A stretch of 64,000 nucleotides of DNA. Source: Podarcis filfolensis. Lineage: Eukaryota. Position numbers and translations under genes: made by a program. Location of the stretch: the NCBI GenBank assembly GCA_964270895.1, contig OZ185439.1. The stretch is one strand, 5' to 3'. The notes under the pieces are model-generated. The model did no database searches and was not told the DNA's origin. It was given only the letters and a program-made list of their open reading frames with translations. Below are positions 47,680-59,113 of the stretch, piece after piece (within the stretch, counting starts at the first letter, position 1; the number at the start of each line of letters is the position of its first letter).

Positions 47680-48337
47680 GTGAGTCTCTCTCATTGTGCC
47701 TTGGTTTACCAGGCTGGGGTGGACTCTTAAATTGGATATCATTCATGCATGGTGATGCTTCCAAATATTTGAAAATCTACTTAATGTGGATTAAACACAC
47801 TTTAATAATATGTTTAAATAATTGAGATAACTGAACAGAATTTTGAAATGTAATTCTAGTGTGTTAGAATATCATAAATTAATCCTGAAAAGACCCATAT
47901 TAACATAAGGTTTCAAAAATGCACATCTCTCATGGGGTCACTTATGATTTCTATTTAGCTCATGCATAAAATTGTCTTTTCTGTCATGGCTCCTTAACTT
48001 CAGACACCAATGGTTATAACGGTTATCTTACTATGAAAATCTTTTCTTCCTGACTTGTAGATAAAACATTATAGCCAATGATTGTATGAAAATCTGCTAC
48101 CTAGCTCAGTATTTTTTTCCTCTAGCAGTGATGTGTATGGACATTGTGTTGAAGGACACAATAGGAGGTACAGCCTATCCAAAACCCAGCCTACAGATAC
48201 CCTGGTCTTTGCTTATAGCCAAATCAGTAAATGATTTATAGCCAAATCAGACCAATGAGACTGTGTGGAATGGGAGAGGGGGAAAGCCATCCCTTTGGGC
48301 AGCAGTTTTATTTGCATGGAAAGTATTTGAGATAATG

Positions 48338-51175
48338 CCCCGGGGAATATACCCATTTCTCCAAGGCTGGGGGAAGCGTTATAGATTATATCTTAATCTC
48401 AAGATTTGCTCACAGCTTTGTAAAGAAGTTCCAAGTGGGCCACAATACTCTGAGTGATCACCTGCCTCTAATTTTAGAGCTTGCAGGTCGGCCTTTTGAC
48501 TATTCTATTGCCGAGCCACAATATATACCTTCTGCAAATTTGGTTATACCTGCCCCCAAAAGACTTAAATGGTCCCCAATACTGAATGAAAACCTAACCC
48601 TCCTTCTTCAGTCAGTAGAGTTAAAGCGTATTCGCTCCGCTATCGTATCAGGCAATTCAGTAGCTGCGATCATGGAACGCTTTAAATTACTTTTGGAAAG
48701 ATTGAAACCCCATTTAACAACAGTGATACATTGCTCCGCTACAAAGAGGGCAAAGGACGGAGCTAGCTGGTTTGACCTGGAGTGCAGGCAAACAAGGAGA
48801 CAAACGAGAACAGCCTACCGGAGATACAGGAAATCAGGGACTGCCCTCCTACTTAACGCTTATATTTATCTGAGACGGTCTTACAAACAATTACTAAGGA
48901 GAAAGAAATTGGAAGCTGAAAGAGCCGCTTGGCACAGTTTGGTTAAGGCATCGCACGAGAAAGATACTACTTGTTTTTGGCGAACCATATCTGGTCTACT
49001 GGACCAGGAGCGTACTAATTCCATCTGTACAGTGGAACCAATGGAGTGGTTGCGCCATTTTCAATCGTTGTTCTATGACCAGGAAGCCCAACATTACAAA
49101 CTATGCATCCAATTGGAGGACCTACCTCATTGGCCACCAGTAACTGCGAAGGAAGTTGAGAATTTAATCGCACAACTAAAGAACAACAAGGCCCCAGGGA
49201 ATGATTACATCCCTGCCGAACTTCTGAAGTCCAACATTGGCTGGTGGGCCCCCCTGCTGGCGTCTTTATTTTCTTGGATCGACTCAACGGGTTTACTCCC
49301 AGATGGTTGGACTGAGGCAATAATTATCCCAATCCATAAAAAAGGACCCATGACAGACCCGGCGAGTTATAGACCAATCAGCCTTCTGCCTATACCCAGC
49401 AAACTATATGCCAAACATCTTTATACCAAGCTAACTAGCTGGCTGGAAACTGAAGCCATTCTAGCGGAAGAGCAAGCGGGTTTCAGGCAAGGCAGATCCA
49501 CCATAGACCATTGCTTCATCTTAGCCTATTTAATTGACAAATATGCCAAAAAATCCCGTGGGGTGTTATATGCAGCCTTTATCGATCTAAAGGCTGCTTT
49601 CGATTCAATTCCACGTGTAAGACTCTGGGATAAATTGAGCACATCAAGTATAGACAAAAGACTATTATTTCTGATGAGCTGTTTGTATAAAGACACGGTG
49701 CTGCATGTAAGAACTTCGTTAAATGGCCATCTTATAGGACCAGTTCCTGTCAGTAAGGGGGTCAAGCAAGGTTGCATCCTGGCCCCAGTTCTATTCAACA
49801 TCTACATCAACGATATGGTTAACTGTTTGTCATCTCCGGACTTCCACGCCCCAAAACTGGCTGACAAAGCAATATCAGTGCTTTTGTATGCCGACGATGC
49901 GATACTCCTATCCCGAACAAGAATAGGCTTAAATAGGCTCTTAGGTGAATTCTCAGCATACTGTAGGAGAGAGCAACTTGCAATAAACTATCAGAAAACC
50001 AAAACTATGGTTTTTGCAAGGAAACACAGACAGTATAGCTGGAGGATGGATAACCAGACAATTGAACAAGTCAAAGCCTTCAAATATCTGGGTATCGTTT
50101 TCCAGTCGACTGGGTCCTGGGATGTCCATCAAAAATGTGCCAAAGAAAAAGCAGCTCAAAGTATCAAGATGCTGTCCCGCTTCTTCTACACGAAGGGGGG
50201 CAGATACATCCCAGCAGCCCTTGAAGTTTATCAAGCAAAACCTCTGGCGCAGTTACTGTATGGGGCGCAAATCTGGACGGGGAACCACTGCTCCAGTCTT
50301 GAATCTGTCCAGTCTAAATTTCTAAGGCAGATTCTCGGTGTCCCCTCCTGTGTTCCAAACGCAGCATTAAGACTCGAGGCCTGCCTTCCATCTGTGGAAA
50401 CTCGGACTTGGCAGAGAACATTCAACTATTGGCTGCGTCTTAATCTGAATCCACCTGGTCTACTGCCTTTAGTAATGCAAGACTCTCACAAAAGCATGTG
50501 GTTCAAAACCGTGCATCAAAAACTCCTTACATGCGGTCTGCACTCACAGTCCCTATTATCAATGGGCCTCATCAAAGCAAAGAGTCTAATAGGCCAGCGC
50601 CTGAAAGACATCGAACGACAAAACAACCTGACCATCTCAAAGAAACTGTGCCCATGGTATACCTACTTTCCCCCTTCTCATTTTGACTCTCCAGCTTCAT
50701 ACTTGTCTAAACTAACCATCCCGAAATACAGACGTGCCTTTACATTGGCTAGATGGGATGTTCTCCCCTCTGCTGTACTCGAAGGTCGTTACCAAAAGAC
50801 TCCATTTGAAAAACGACTCTGCCCATGTGGAGATGGTAACACGGAAACAGTGTCTCACGTCCTTCTTTCTTGCCCCCTCTACAAAGACCTAAGGAATGAG
50901 ATTATTACTCCACTCATTCTCTCCAACCCCGGCCGTTCATCAGACATTACACTGTATTTTCTATTATCTGATACGGAAAGTCAGATAACAGAGAAGGTCG
51001 CGAGGTACATCGAGAGAGCTGCGAAACTGAGGGCCACCATCTGAGTGACAGACTTGTTCATCCGACGGACCACCTTTTGCCTGTTCTTTTCTTCCTTTTA
51101 TCTCTATTTTTTACTTTTAACTCTTGTACAGCTGTGGCCTGTTGGCTTTGCTAATAAAGTTTTTTGTTGTTGTTG
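48338..51175 (+). mobile_element. RTE-X-like non-LTR retrotransposon, family A; 5'-truncated in the APE endonuclease, RT and C-terminal Cys/His motif intact
   Basis: 12-bp TSD tttgagataatg (48326-48337 and 51176-51187). The frame 48339-51044 has no stops and encodes APE motifs (YTH..GSVIDYILIS..SDHLPL), RT motifs (KAPGND, YRPISLL, QAGFRQGRST, FIDLKAAFD, GVKQGCILAP, YADD, FKYLG) and CPC-x8-H-x4-C. AATAAA is at 51153-51158, followed by a (TTG)n tail. Confidence 0.95.
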
Positions 51176-51245
51176 TTTGAGATAATGTATCTTGGGTGTC
51201 CCTGCTCCATGCCACATGACTATTTTATCTCCATGTGTTTTGAAG

Positions 51246-51315
51246 CCTATGAGACACAGAAAGAAAGCTGCTGACAAGAACCTTCCCTGTCGGCCTCTGG
51301 TTTGCGCAGTGCTGG
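51246..51315 (+). CDS. ARMH3: ARMH3 exon 18
   Basis: ttgaag|[24 protein letters not shown]|gtaagt. Confidence 0.95.
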
Positions 51316-51359
51316 GTAAGTGTACTTACTAGATTTGGTCAGCAGCTATTCCAAAGATC

Positions 51360-51360
<1 letters not shown>

Positions 51361-51390
<30 letters not shown>
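51361..51390. repeat. (GT)15 microsatellite
   Basis: Perfect run. Confidence 0.97.
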
Positions 51391-51392
<2 letters not shown>

Positions 51393-51673
51393 AGATTTAT
51401 TTATTTAATTTGTATATCGCCCTTCATTTATAGATCTCAGGGCAGTTCACAACATGAAAATACAAGATAAAAACATAAAATACATAAGAGCAAAACAAGA
51501 ACAAAAAAACCCAGGCAAACCAATAACCCCCTTCTTCCTCCCACAAATACATTTAAAAGGGTATAGGATGTTAATCAGCCAAAGGGCTGGTTGAAGAGAA
51601 ACGTTTTTGCCTGGTGCCCTAAGGTATATAATGAAGGCGCCAGCCGAACCTCCCTCAGGAGAACATTCCCCAG
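51393..51673 (-). mobile_element. L2-like LINE 3' fragment
   Basis: tttatttattt tail, ctcagggcagttcacaaca terminus, and ggttgaagagaaacgtttttgcctgg..gaaggcgccagccgaacctccct, resembling the reverse of an L2 ORF end. Confidence 0.65.
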
Positions 51674-52718
51674 TACTTTGCCAGCTAGGCATTAATTCTA
51701 AAATGTATTTCATTTACCAATATGGCATCTTCTTGCCTCTTCTCTGCCTACCCCTTTACTTACTTTGGGCAAGGAGAAAAGTGAGTCTTTATAAATAAAT
51801 CTTAACAGAAATTGGCTGCAGAGTAATGGAACACATTTGTTCCAAAGAGTTTCAGAAGCTAATGGAATACTGTTTTGCCAACTTTCCTTAGCTGGATAAT
51901 GCACTAAAATCTAACATATTAGTGCTGCACATAAATAAAATTAACTGCTGATGACTTTAAATAAGAGGCTGGGTGAGCCGGTGTGGATAATTGAATATAA
52001 GAATTCTTTAGGTTCCGCTCTACTCTACAGTTCTTTGAAAATTGGTAGGAAAGACAGGCAAATATTGGCAAAAGTGTCTGGGTCACCTTGTCCACTCTGG
52101 AAAACATTGACAAAAGGCCAGAAATGGAAATTGAATATTTCTGAAACTGTGTGATGCCATTAGACTTTATTGACTCAGTGACACAGGAACAATTTAAGCT
52201 ATTATTGAGACCCTGTCAGATTTATTGTGCTTTGGAACATGCTCCATAGATGTAAAGCACCATTTTGTGTATCATTATCTGGTGTAAAATAAATATGGCC
52301 CCCTGTCACAGCAAATTTCTGAAACTTGTTTTTTGCAGGAATTTTCCACCAGTGGCGAGATTTGAAATAAGTAGAATTCTAGCCCTTAAAAGTAGCTTTT
52401 GATATGGATGATAAGGGGAAAGTTGGACAACTGTTTGAAGGATTTGATGCTTGGGAGTTGAAAGGCATACACAAACATGCCTTTTAAGGCATTCATTTCC
52501 CACTAGTATCATCTCAGGTTTTTGGAAAAGAGAATAACCACAGCCAGAACTCTCCATACGGTCCCTTCCCACTGCTCATAATTATAGTGTGTTTTGTCTG
52601 CATTGATGTTAGCACTAGGCAGTGCAAGTTCACGATCTGGAAACGAAAACTTAAATTGGTTATAAGTCCAAGGTCTTCGTCATAGTTTTGTCATGATATC
52701 TATATCCTTTCCTTCTAG

Positions 52719-52779
52719 ATCTGATGGTAGAATTTATCATTACCCACATGATGAAAGAGTTTCCCATGGATCTTTATGT
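52719..52779 (+). CDS. ARMH3: ARMH3 exon 19
   Basis: ttctag|AT-LMVEFIITHMMKEFPMDLY-GT|gtaagt. Confidence 0.95.
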
Positions 52780-53459
52780 GTAAGTAATAGTTGACTAAAG
52801 CATATTGAGGCATTTATTAACAGGCATTGCTTTTTATTTTATTTTTTTTAAAAACAGAATGATTTCCCTCCCCGAGGTAATTTCAGGAAACTCCCTAAGA
52901 GTTGTGCTTTTGTTCAATGTGCCAAGAAATTGAAATTGAAATGAATTCCCATTTGGAGAGTTTTCCTAAATTACTTAATCAACAGAACAAGAGCAAAAAT
53001 CTTGAGCTGGAAAGTATTTCAAAACACCAGGCAAGTGTGTGAAGCATTGTCCAGGAGAGATGGTGAAACACGGTGCTAATGGCCTATAAAAGGCCAAAAA
53101 GGAAAGCGGGGGCGGGGGGGGGGGGCAATGCTTTGATGCCTGTGCATGCAAGAAGCCGCTTCATTTTACCTGGCTTATCAGAACTATGTATCATATGTAG
53201 CTCTTGAGATGTTCTTTCAAAATTCTTTTGAAGGACTATTTGAATGTCAGCAGCATCTAACCTTTGTGTACTGTGAGAGACTGGGAGATTAATCAAATCA
53301 TTTATAATGCTTCATTTCCCACAAATGCATTTGTGCTCGAAACAGTTTACAAAAAAAGTGTTACTGTGTTGCAATAGGTGAAGAACTCAGAAGTGATTAT
53401 CTTTCAGCCTCCTGGCAAGTGTGCTGTGTGGTGCTGCGGGTTAGTATCTGCAGGTTATC

Positions 53460-53855
53460 ATCCTATCATCTCTATGAATCCATTGTAGGCGGTCCCTTGG
53501 AGATTTGGTACAAGGTGTCATGCCAGCTTTATTTCTCAGTAGTGTTTGAATCAGGAGAGTGTATCTCTGGATCAATGCCTGGACTCAGTGGTAGTCTGGG
53601 TAAGAAGAAACTGACTTGGTATCCTGGCAAGACAGGCATTGTGATTGGTTGGTTTTTGAGTCCAGATAATTGCTCAATTGCCTGCTTTGGACAGAGTTGT
53701 GCTCCTCCCAAAGGATCAGGTTACTCTCTTTGTCACCAGAGATGGACCCCGGTGGCCAGGAGAGACATTTTCTAGCTTTGGCTGATCAGCCAGCTACAAC
53801 TGTTTCTGGACCAGGGTAGCCTGACAACTGTCAGCCATGTGCTGCCTATATGTGG
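53460..53855 (+). mobile_element. Ancient degraded L2-like RT fragment
   Basis: Decayed echoes of L2 RT motifs (IYMKPLG..IRRFG..CH, QLYFS, KLKLNPGKT, LPLKDQV, VARS.F.QL.LI.QL.PFLD..SLTTV.HAL) with frameshifts. Confidence 0.5.
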
Positions 53856-54095
53856 ATGTAGCTCTTTGTGGAACAGCCCTTGAGGTTAAACTGGAAGCTG
53901 CAGCTAGTGCAGAAAATGACAGCTCACTTTGGCTGAATATCACCATCATATTAATGGGCTGTTGAAATAATTCCATTGGCAGCCCAGTACCTAATTGGCA
54001 AAGTTCAAGGTGCTGGCATGGGTGGAAAAAGGCCATATACAGCTGGGGATGAGGATACTGAAAACACATTCGCATCCTTATATACCCAGCAGTCT

Positions 54096-54232
54096 GAGCC
54101 AGTGTAGTGTGGTGGTTGAGTGCCGGACTAAGACCTGTTGCAGGGATATAATGGAGGGGGGTGGAACTGGTACACTACCTTGAGCTCACTGGAGGACAGG
54201 TGGGATAGAAACACAATAATGAAATAATAAAA
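54096..54232 (+). mobile_element. Old tRNA-derived (MIR-like) SINE remnant
   Basis: Head gagccagtgtagtgtggtggtt..ggactaagacc; 3' end accttgagctcactggaggacaggtgggatagaa plus A-rich tail. Confidence 0.45.
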
Positions 54233-54728
54233 AATATAACTGATCCCTACATTCTGCAGGAGGGGGAATCCTGAAGATAGCATCTTCTACGGAGGTCTGT
54301 AGTGTAGCGGCAACTATCCACTGGAACTCAGACAGGCACCATCTTAATTGTCTTTTTGGTGTCTGTTAAAGGCTTCCCTTTTTCAATCAACTTTCCAATA
54401 GGAGATCTTTATTCGACGCATTATCTGTATTGGATTCCAAATGGTTTTAACTCTGTTTATATATGTACTGATTTGTAATTGTTTTATGTGTGTAATTGGT
54501 AGCTATTTTTATATATGCAGTTGTTTTATATATGTTGTTTTTGTATTGTGAAATTTTGTATTTGTTTGGTGAGATCACTTTGATATGCCTTTGAGGAAGC
54601 AATACCGAAATTAAATAACAATATCACTTTTATGCAGCTGGCTCTTGAAAATTTGCCAGTGTTCCTGCACTGTATATCACAATTACATGCTGCTTATTTC
54701 ATTAGGCTTTCCTCTCTGTTTTCTCCAG

Positions 54729-54817
54729 ACGCTGCATTCAAATAGTGCACAAGCTGCTTTGCTACCAGAAGAAATGCAGAGTGAGGCTTCATTACACTTG
54801 GAGGGAACTCTGGTCAG
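54729..54817 (+). CDS. ARMH3: ARMH3 exon 20 (last exon found; gene continues beyond the window)
   Basis: ctccag|[31 protein letters not shown]|gtaatt. Confidence 0.95.
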
Positions 54818-56894
54818 GTAATTATTATTATTTGCTTGCTTGCCTCTCTTCCCGTACCAGTTTATCCTTCTTGTCCCTTTGCAAGCTTGGTGTTTTGTTG
54901 TTCTAGAATCAGAATTACTACAATAACTGAAGTGTGTTGCCCATTGTCCTGTACCTTTCGAAGCATGATTGCACCAGGAAGTATAATTGTGGGGAAGCAA
55001 GGAGCAGGAGAAGTAGCTGTTTAAATCAAGCTGTATAAGTGGTTTTCTTTAGGTTGAGCTTCCTCCATATCAGGTGAGAAGTTTCTATATAGGATCTGTT
55101 CTAATCGCTGTTAAATTTTAGAGCAGAAATAGGTGGGATCCTAACATGTGGGTGCTATTTTCCAATTTCGGTTCTCCCTTTTGTCCCTGTAAGTTTCAGA
55201 CAGATTTACTTTGAAATCTAATATCATACTATGCAATCCCCACTCCTACTCCTCATCATTGGCTACTGCTGGGGGTGGAGAAAGGCAGGTAATATTCAGG
55301 TTTGTCTGAATATTAAAGAAGGTTGGTGAGGTGAGAACTTTGTGTCAGGCTACTGTGTCCATACTAGCCCTAATCCAAGCATTGTAGCTCTGCCCTGGGA
55401 GATTTAAACTGAAATGGGGCATAGCAGTACTTAATAGACAGGCAGTGGACTGACTTTTGCCTCTGGAGGATGAAAAGGATTGAGCTAATCAGTTTGTCTA
55501 GCTTCTAATTCTGCCTTCCTGTTCTGTGCCTGGAAGCAGGACCAGCAAGTAATTTTTGAGTACAGCTAACTGTGCCCTCACCATAAAAGTTTCCATGCTT
55601 TAATAAAGAAGTTGTTATAGAAATGGTCTAGTCCTATTATATGTCCTGGGAACGATAGCTAATGGCTTGGTTTTTTCAATGAAACTCTTTAGGGAAGGGC
55701 AATTGGGAAGCTGCGTTGAATTAAAGCAGAGCTTTGTTAGATGGCTAGCAGTCTTACCTCTATGGCTAACTGCAGCTAGGTGAAAATACTGCTGTTACCT
55801 GATTCTGCCTCAATCAGTTCACATTTCTTTTTGTGACATGTGGCTCCTTTAGGTTTTCTAAAGCAGAATACAGAGGGTGATATATCTTTTCTCTATTAAT
55901 GAATTAGCAATATTTCTGTCGCCCTTGCTTTTGTCAGAGCTGTGGTTGGCACTGAACATTATGAGAGCTTTCCCCTTCTCTCTCACCCTGATAATGTTTT
56001 TTGCTGCCACTTGGTATGAACTTGCATATCACGCATTTTGCATTTCTAAGCATTGCTGGGGGAGGGCAGATTTGTGGGGCTGCTGCTTTGGATAGCAGCT
56101 ATGAAATATGTGTAACATCAAGCTCTGTTCAGTTGCACTTAAAGACAAGGCTGATTCATATGGCGAAGTACCAAACCATTAGCTAGTGCTTGTCATTAGC
56201 GCTTCTGTACAGCCAAAACAGCTTGGACCCGAAGCCCTAAGTCTTTGAAGCAATGTGGGAAAGTGAATGCTTTCAATGGGGAGTGCCCAGTTGCCCCCCA
56301 AGCATGCTGGGAAATAGCCTTGGCTAAATGTGGGGAAATTTTGCAATGTCTTCCGGTACAGGATTCTAAGCTTGTACTTTGAAATGGATCACTCAATGTA
56401 TACACACCTCTTTTTAACCATTTACTAGTGATTGCCTGAGTGGGAATGGTCAGACCCATCCTCCCACTGAGAGTAGAAAGGGAAGGTATGGAGAGGTAAC
56501 CTTCTGGCATAAATTAATTATGTCAGATAAGAGATCCATGTATCTCAGAATAATTTATTTTTATTTGAATTTCATTCCTAGATTATGCTGAGTAATCTCT
56601 ATGCAATATCAGCATATTGTCTTTTATTGAGAAAGATGTTAATTTCACACTCTTTTTTGGTATTTGTTAATGGTTCACTTTGATGTAGTGTAAGATTTGT
56701 TCTGTAACGTTTTGCCTTGTCCTGTTCCTGATGTCCAAACCTACAGTTTGATTTTGTTGTACAAATGTTGTCTTTGTTTGTATGGAGCAACTTCTCTCAA
56801 TGAAAACAACATTTAAAAAACAAACAAACATTGGGATGAGGGTAATTATTAACTTGTTAATTATGAACCTGTTTGAAATCTGATCTGCTTCAGA

Positions 56895-57134
56895 GGCCTT
56901 TCTTCAGGTGCCCTCCTTGTCAGAAATTAGGTGGATGACAGCTGGGAAGCGAGTCTTTTTAGTAGTAGCTCTCCATCTTTGGAATACTCGCTCCAGATGA
57001 ACTCAAGAGACATATAATGCTATTTCATTTAGGAACCAGTTTAATACCTTTTTTCCTTAACAATATTTTTTAAAAATTATGCTTCACTATCCACTATTTT
57101 TGCTATGTTTATGTTATCTGTGTTTAATAGTGTT

Positions 57135-57173
<39 letters not shown>
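56895..57173 (+). mobile_element. Old L2-like 3' remnant ending in a (TAA)n microsatellite (57136-57173)
   Basis: cttcaggtgccctcctt..cttttt agtagtagctctcc..tggaatactc resembles the L2 ORF end, followed by an AT-rich UTR. Confidence 0.45.
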
Positions 57174-58962
57174 TTTTTATGTAGTTCTATAATTTTTTAC
57201 TATTTGAAAGCTTTTTTAAAAAGTCAGAATGCAACATTAACAATTGTGATGAATAAAAAATATGTCATCATTTTGATTAGCCTGGATAGGGGTGTTCTGA
57301 TCTGTGGTGGCATGACCTTTACAGCAGCAGAATTTCCACTCTTGCTTTGTTACTCCAGCACCAAGAACACACATTTTGTATTGTGAGTAGCAAATGTATT
57401 TGTCAGACAAACGTTGGAATAAAAAATAGAAATCAAAACATATGGATAAGGCATTGGTGCAATTTAAATCAATCAATCAATGCCACTTCAAGTGCTGCAT
57501 TTTGTTCAGGATAGCCCATGTTATGAAGGGTGTTGATAACCTAGCACTTAAAACAGTTGTATTGCCTTCACTGAAGTTCTGTATGTCCATGTTTTTAAAG
57601 TAGAGTGCTGTGTAGGTGTTAGCACAGTTTATTACATTCAGTGATCAGGTGGTAGATTGCAGAGTATCCATTCACGGCAGGCATTTCTTCTGCCTGTGGC
57701 GTTGTGTGGCCAGGCACACCTCCGCTTTCACTTATATATCCCCAGCTCCCTTTTGGCAAAATCCCATTGCTTTCTTGGCTGATTGACAGCAAGCCTTCCA
57801 GCACAAGTAGTGTCCCCTGGTAATTGCCTGCCATGTCCATGAATTCTGGGGGAGACTGTGCCTCAGGGAAGTTTGATGCCCTTGTTTGTAAGAAAAGAAC
57901 ATCTATTTCTAGAGCAAACTCTGAATCCATCAGTATCTCTCTGGGGGACGGGGCTGATACCTCGCTGTCAGACCCGATTTGTAAATAATCCTCTCTCTCA
58001 CCAAGTGTGTTTTGATCACCCTTGTGTCGCAATTTGATTGGTGCTTAGTGTGGCTGGTTCCTGCATCCTGCTTAGCAAACAACCCCCTGCTACTCCCTTA
58101 GGAGATTTCTTCCTGGAGTTTTCCTGCTTCCTGCCTTTGAGTAGTTGTTGTTAAGACATCATGGTATTATTACAAGTATAATGTGCAGGCCTCAAAAGAA
58201 TTGCTTTGGAAGTGGAAAAATAGAAATATACTGCCGCTGCCGCCTTAGGGTAGTCTCAGTTGCTTTATGTGGAAAGTGTGTCTATCCACAAAGGGTTTAA
58301 CCAGGCTGTGTTTACCTGATGGCATTCACTCTGGCAATAGTTAATTCTAGTTGCCTGTTGGCATTAAGGTACAAACCAGAGATCCTAGTGCTACGGTCTG
58401 CTCAGCTGGCTAGGTGTGCCTCATGCCATTGCCTGTGATGGCCTTACAGTAGATAAAGGAACTTGAGGTTTCTGCTTGATTTTCTTTATTCAACCTGGTT
58501 GGTATTGCAGGAATAATACCTGTCTTGTTTCATCGAGCTGTCATTGAGCATTGTAAGAAGGGTACTCTGGCTGAGTGAGCTGAGCCACTTCTGAAAGATG
58601 TCAGTATTTTTAGAAGTTTGTTGTGAAGAGTGGTTCACCAACTCCCTGCTCAAGCATTCTTAAGGAAAATAAGCTTTGTTTACTTCCATTTGTTCTGCCT
58701 TTGACTATGGACAGCAGTTGAATCATCTTTATTCCATTGTGTATTATTTTTGCACAGTATTATTTTACTCTGTGCGTATATGTACATACTCTATATCATT
58801 ACTAAAATTGTACCCCAGCCTCTTCTCCCCAGTTTACCCTCTAGATTAAGTACCTCCTTCTTTCAGTTTTGTCTCTTAGGCAAAGCCCTTGGCTTCTTCT
58901 TAGCCAAGCCCTTGGCTCTCTTTATTGCTCTCTTCAGAGACCTCTCCAGTTTGTCTAATATA

Positions 58963-59113
58963 CTGTATTTTTCCATGTATAAGACTCCCCCTATTTTTGG
59001 GGACTCCAAATTAAGAAAACACCCCCTCAGCACTACCCGTGTATAAGACAAGCCCCAATTTTAAACCTAATTTTTTGGTGAAAAAACCTAGTCTTATACA
59101 CAGAAAAATACGG
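58963..59113. mobile_element. Tigger-like MITE related to 29410-29668
   Basis: TA|ctgtatttttccatgtataagac...gtcttatacacagaaaaatacgg|TA. Confidence 0.85.

Noticed and set aside
48213-48250. Small local duplications (ttatagccaaatcag x2; also 16113-16147, 17432-17457, 47551-47590)
   Set aside because: Ordinary slippage-type duplications. They have no spacer-repeat regularity, so they are not CRISPR-like or an array.
49015-50686. Short ORFs overlapping the LINE
   Set aside because: Antisense or off-frame shadows of the RT ORF.
31593-55403. 15-bp identical word tctgccctgggagat at 31593 and 55389
   Set aside because: Roughly two such pairs are expected by chance in 64 kb, and there is no extended similarity.
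57607-58408. 4-bp gctg direct repeat as a TSD for a putative 794-bp LTR
   Set aside because: A CA followed by a given 4-mer is too likely by chance to define boundaries.
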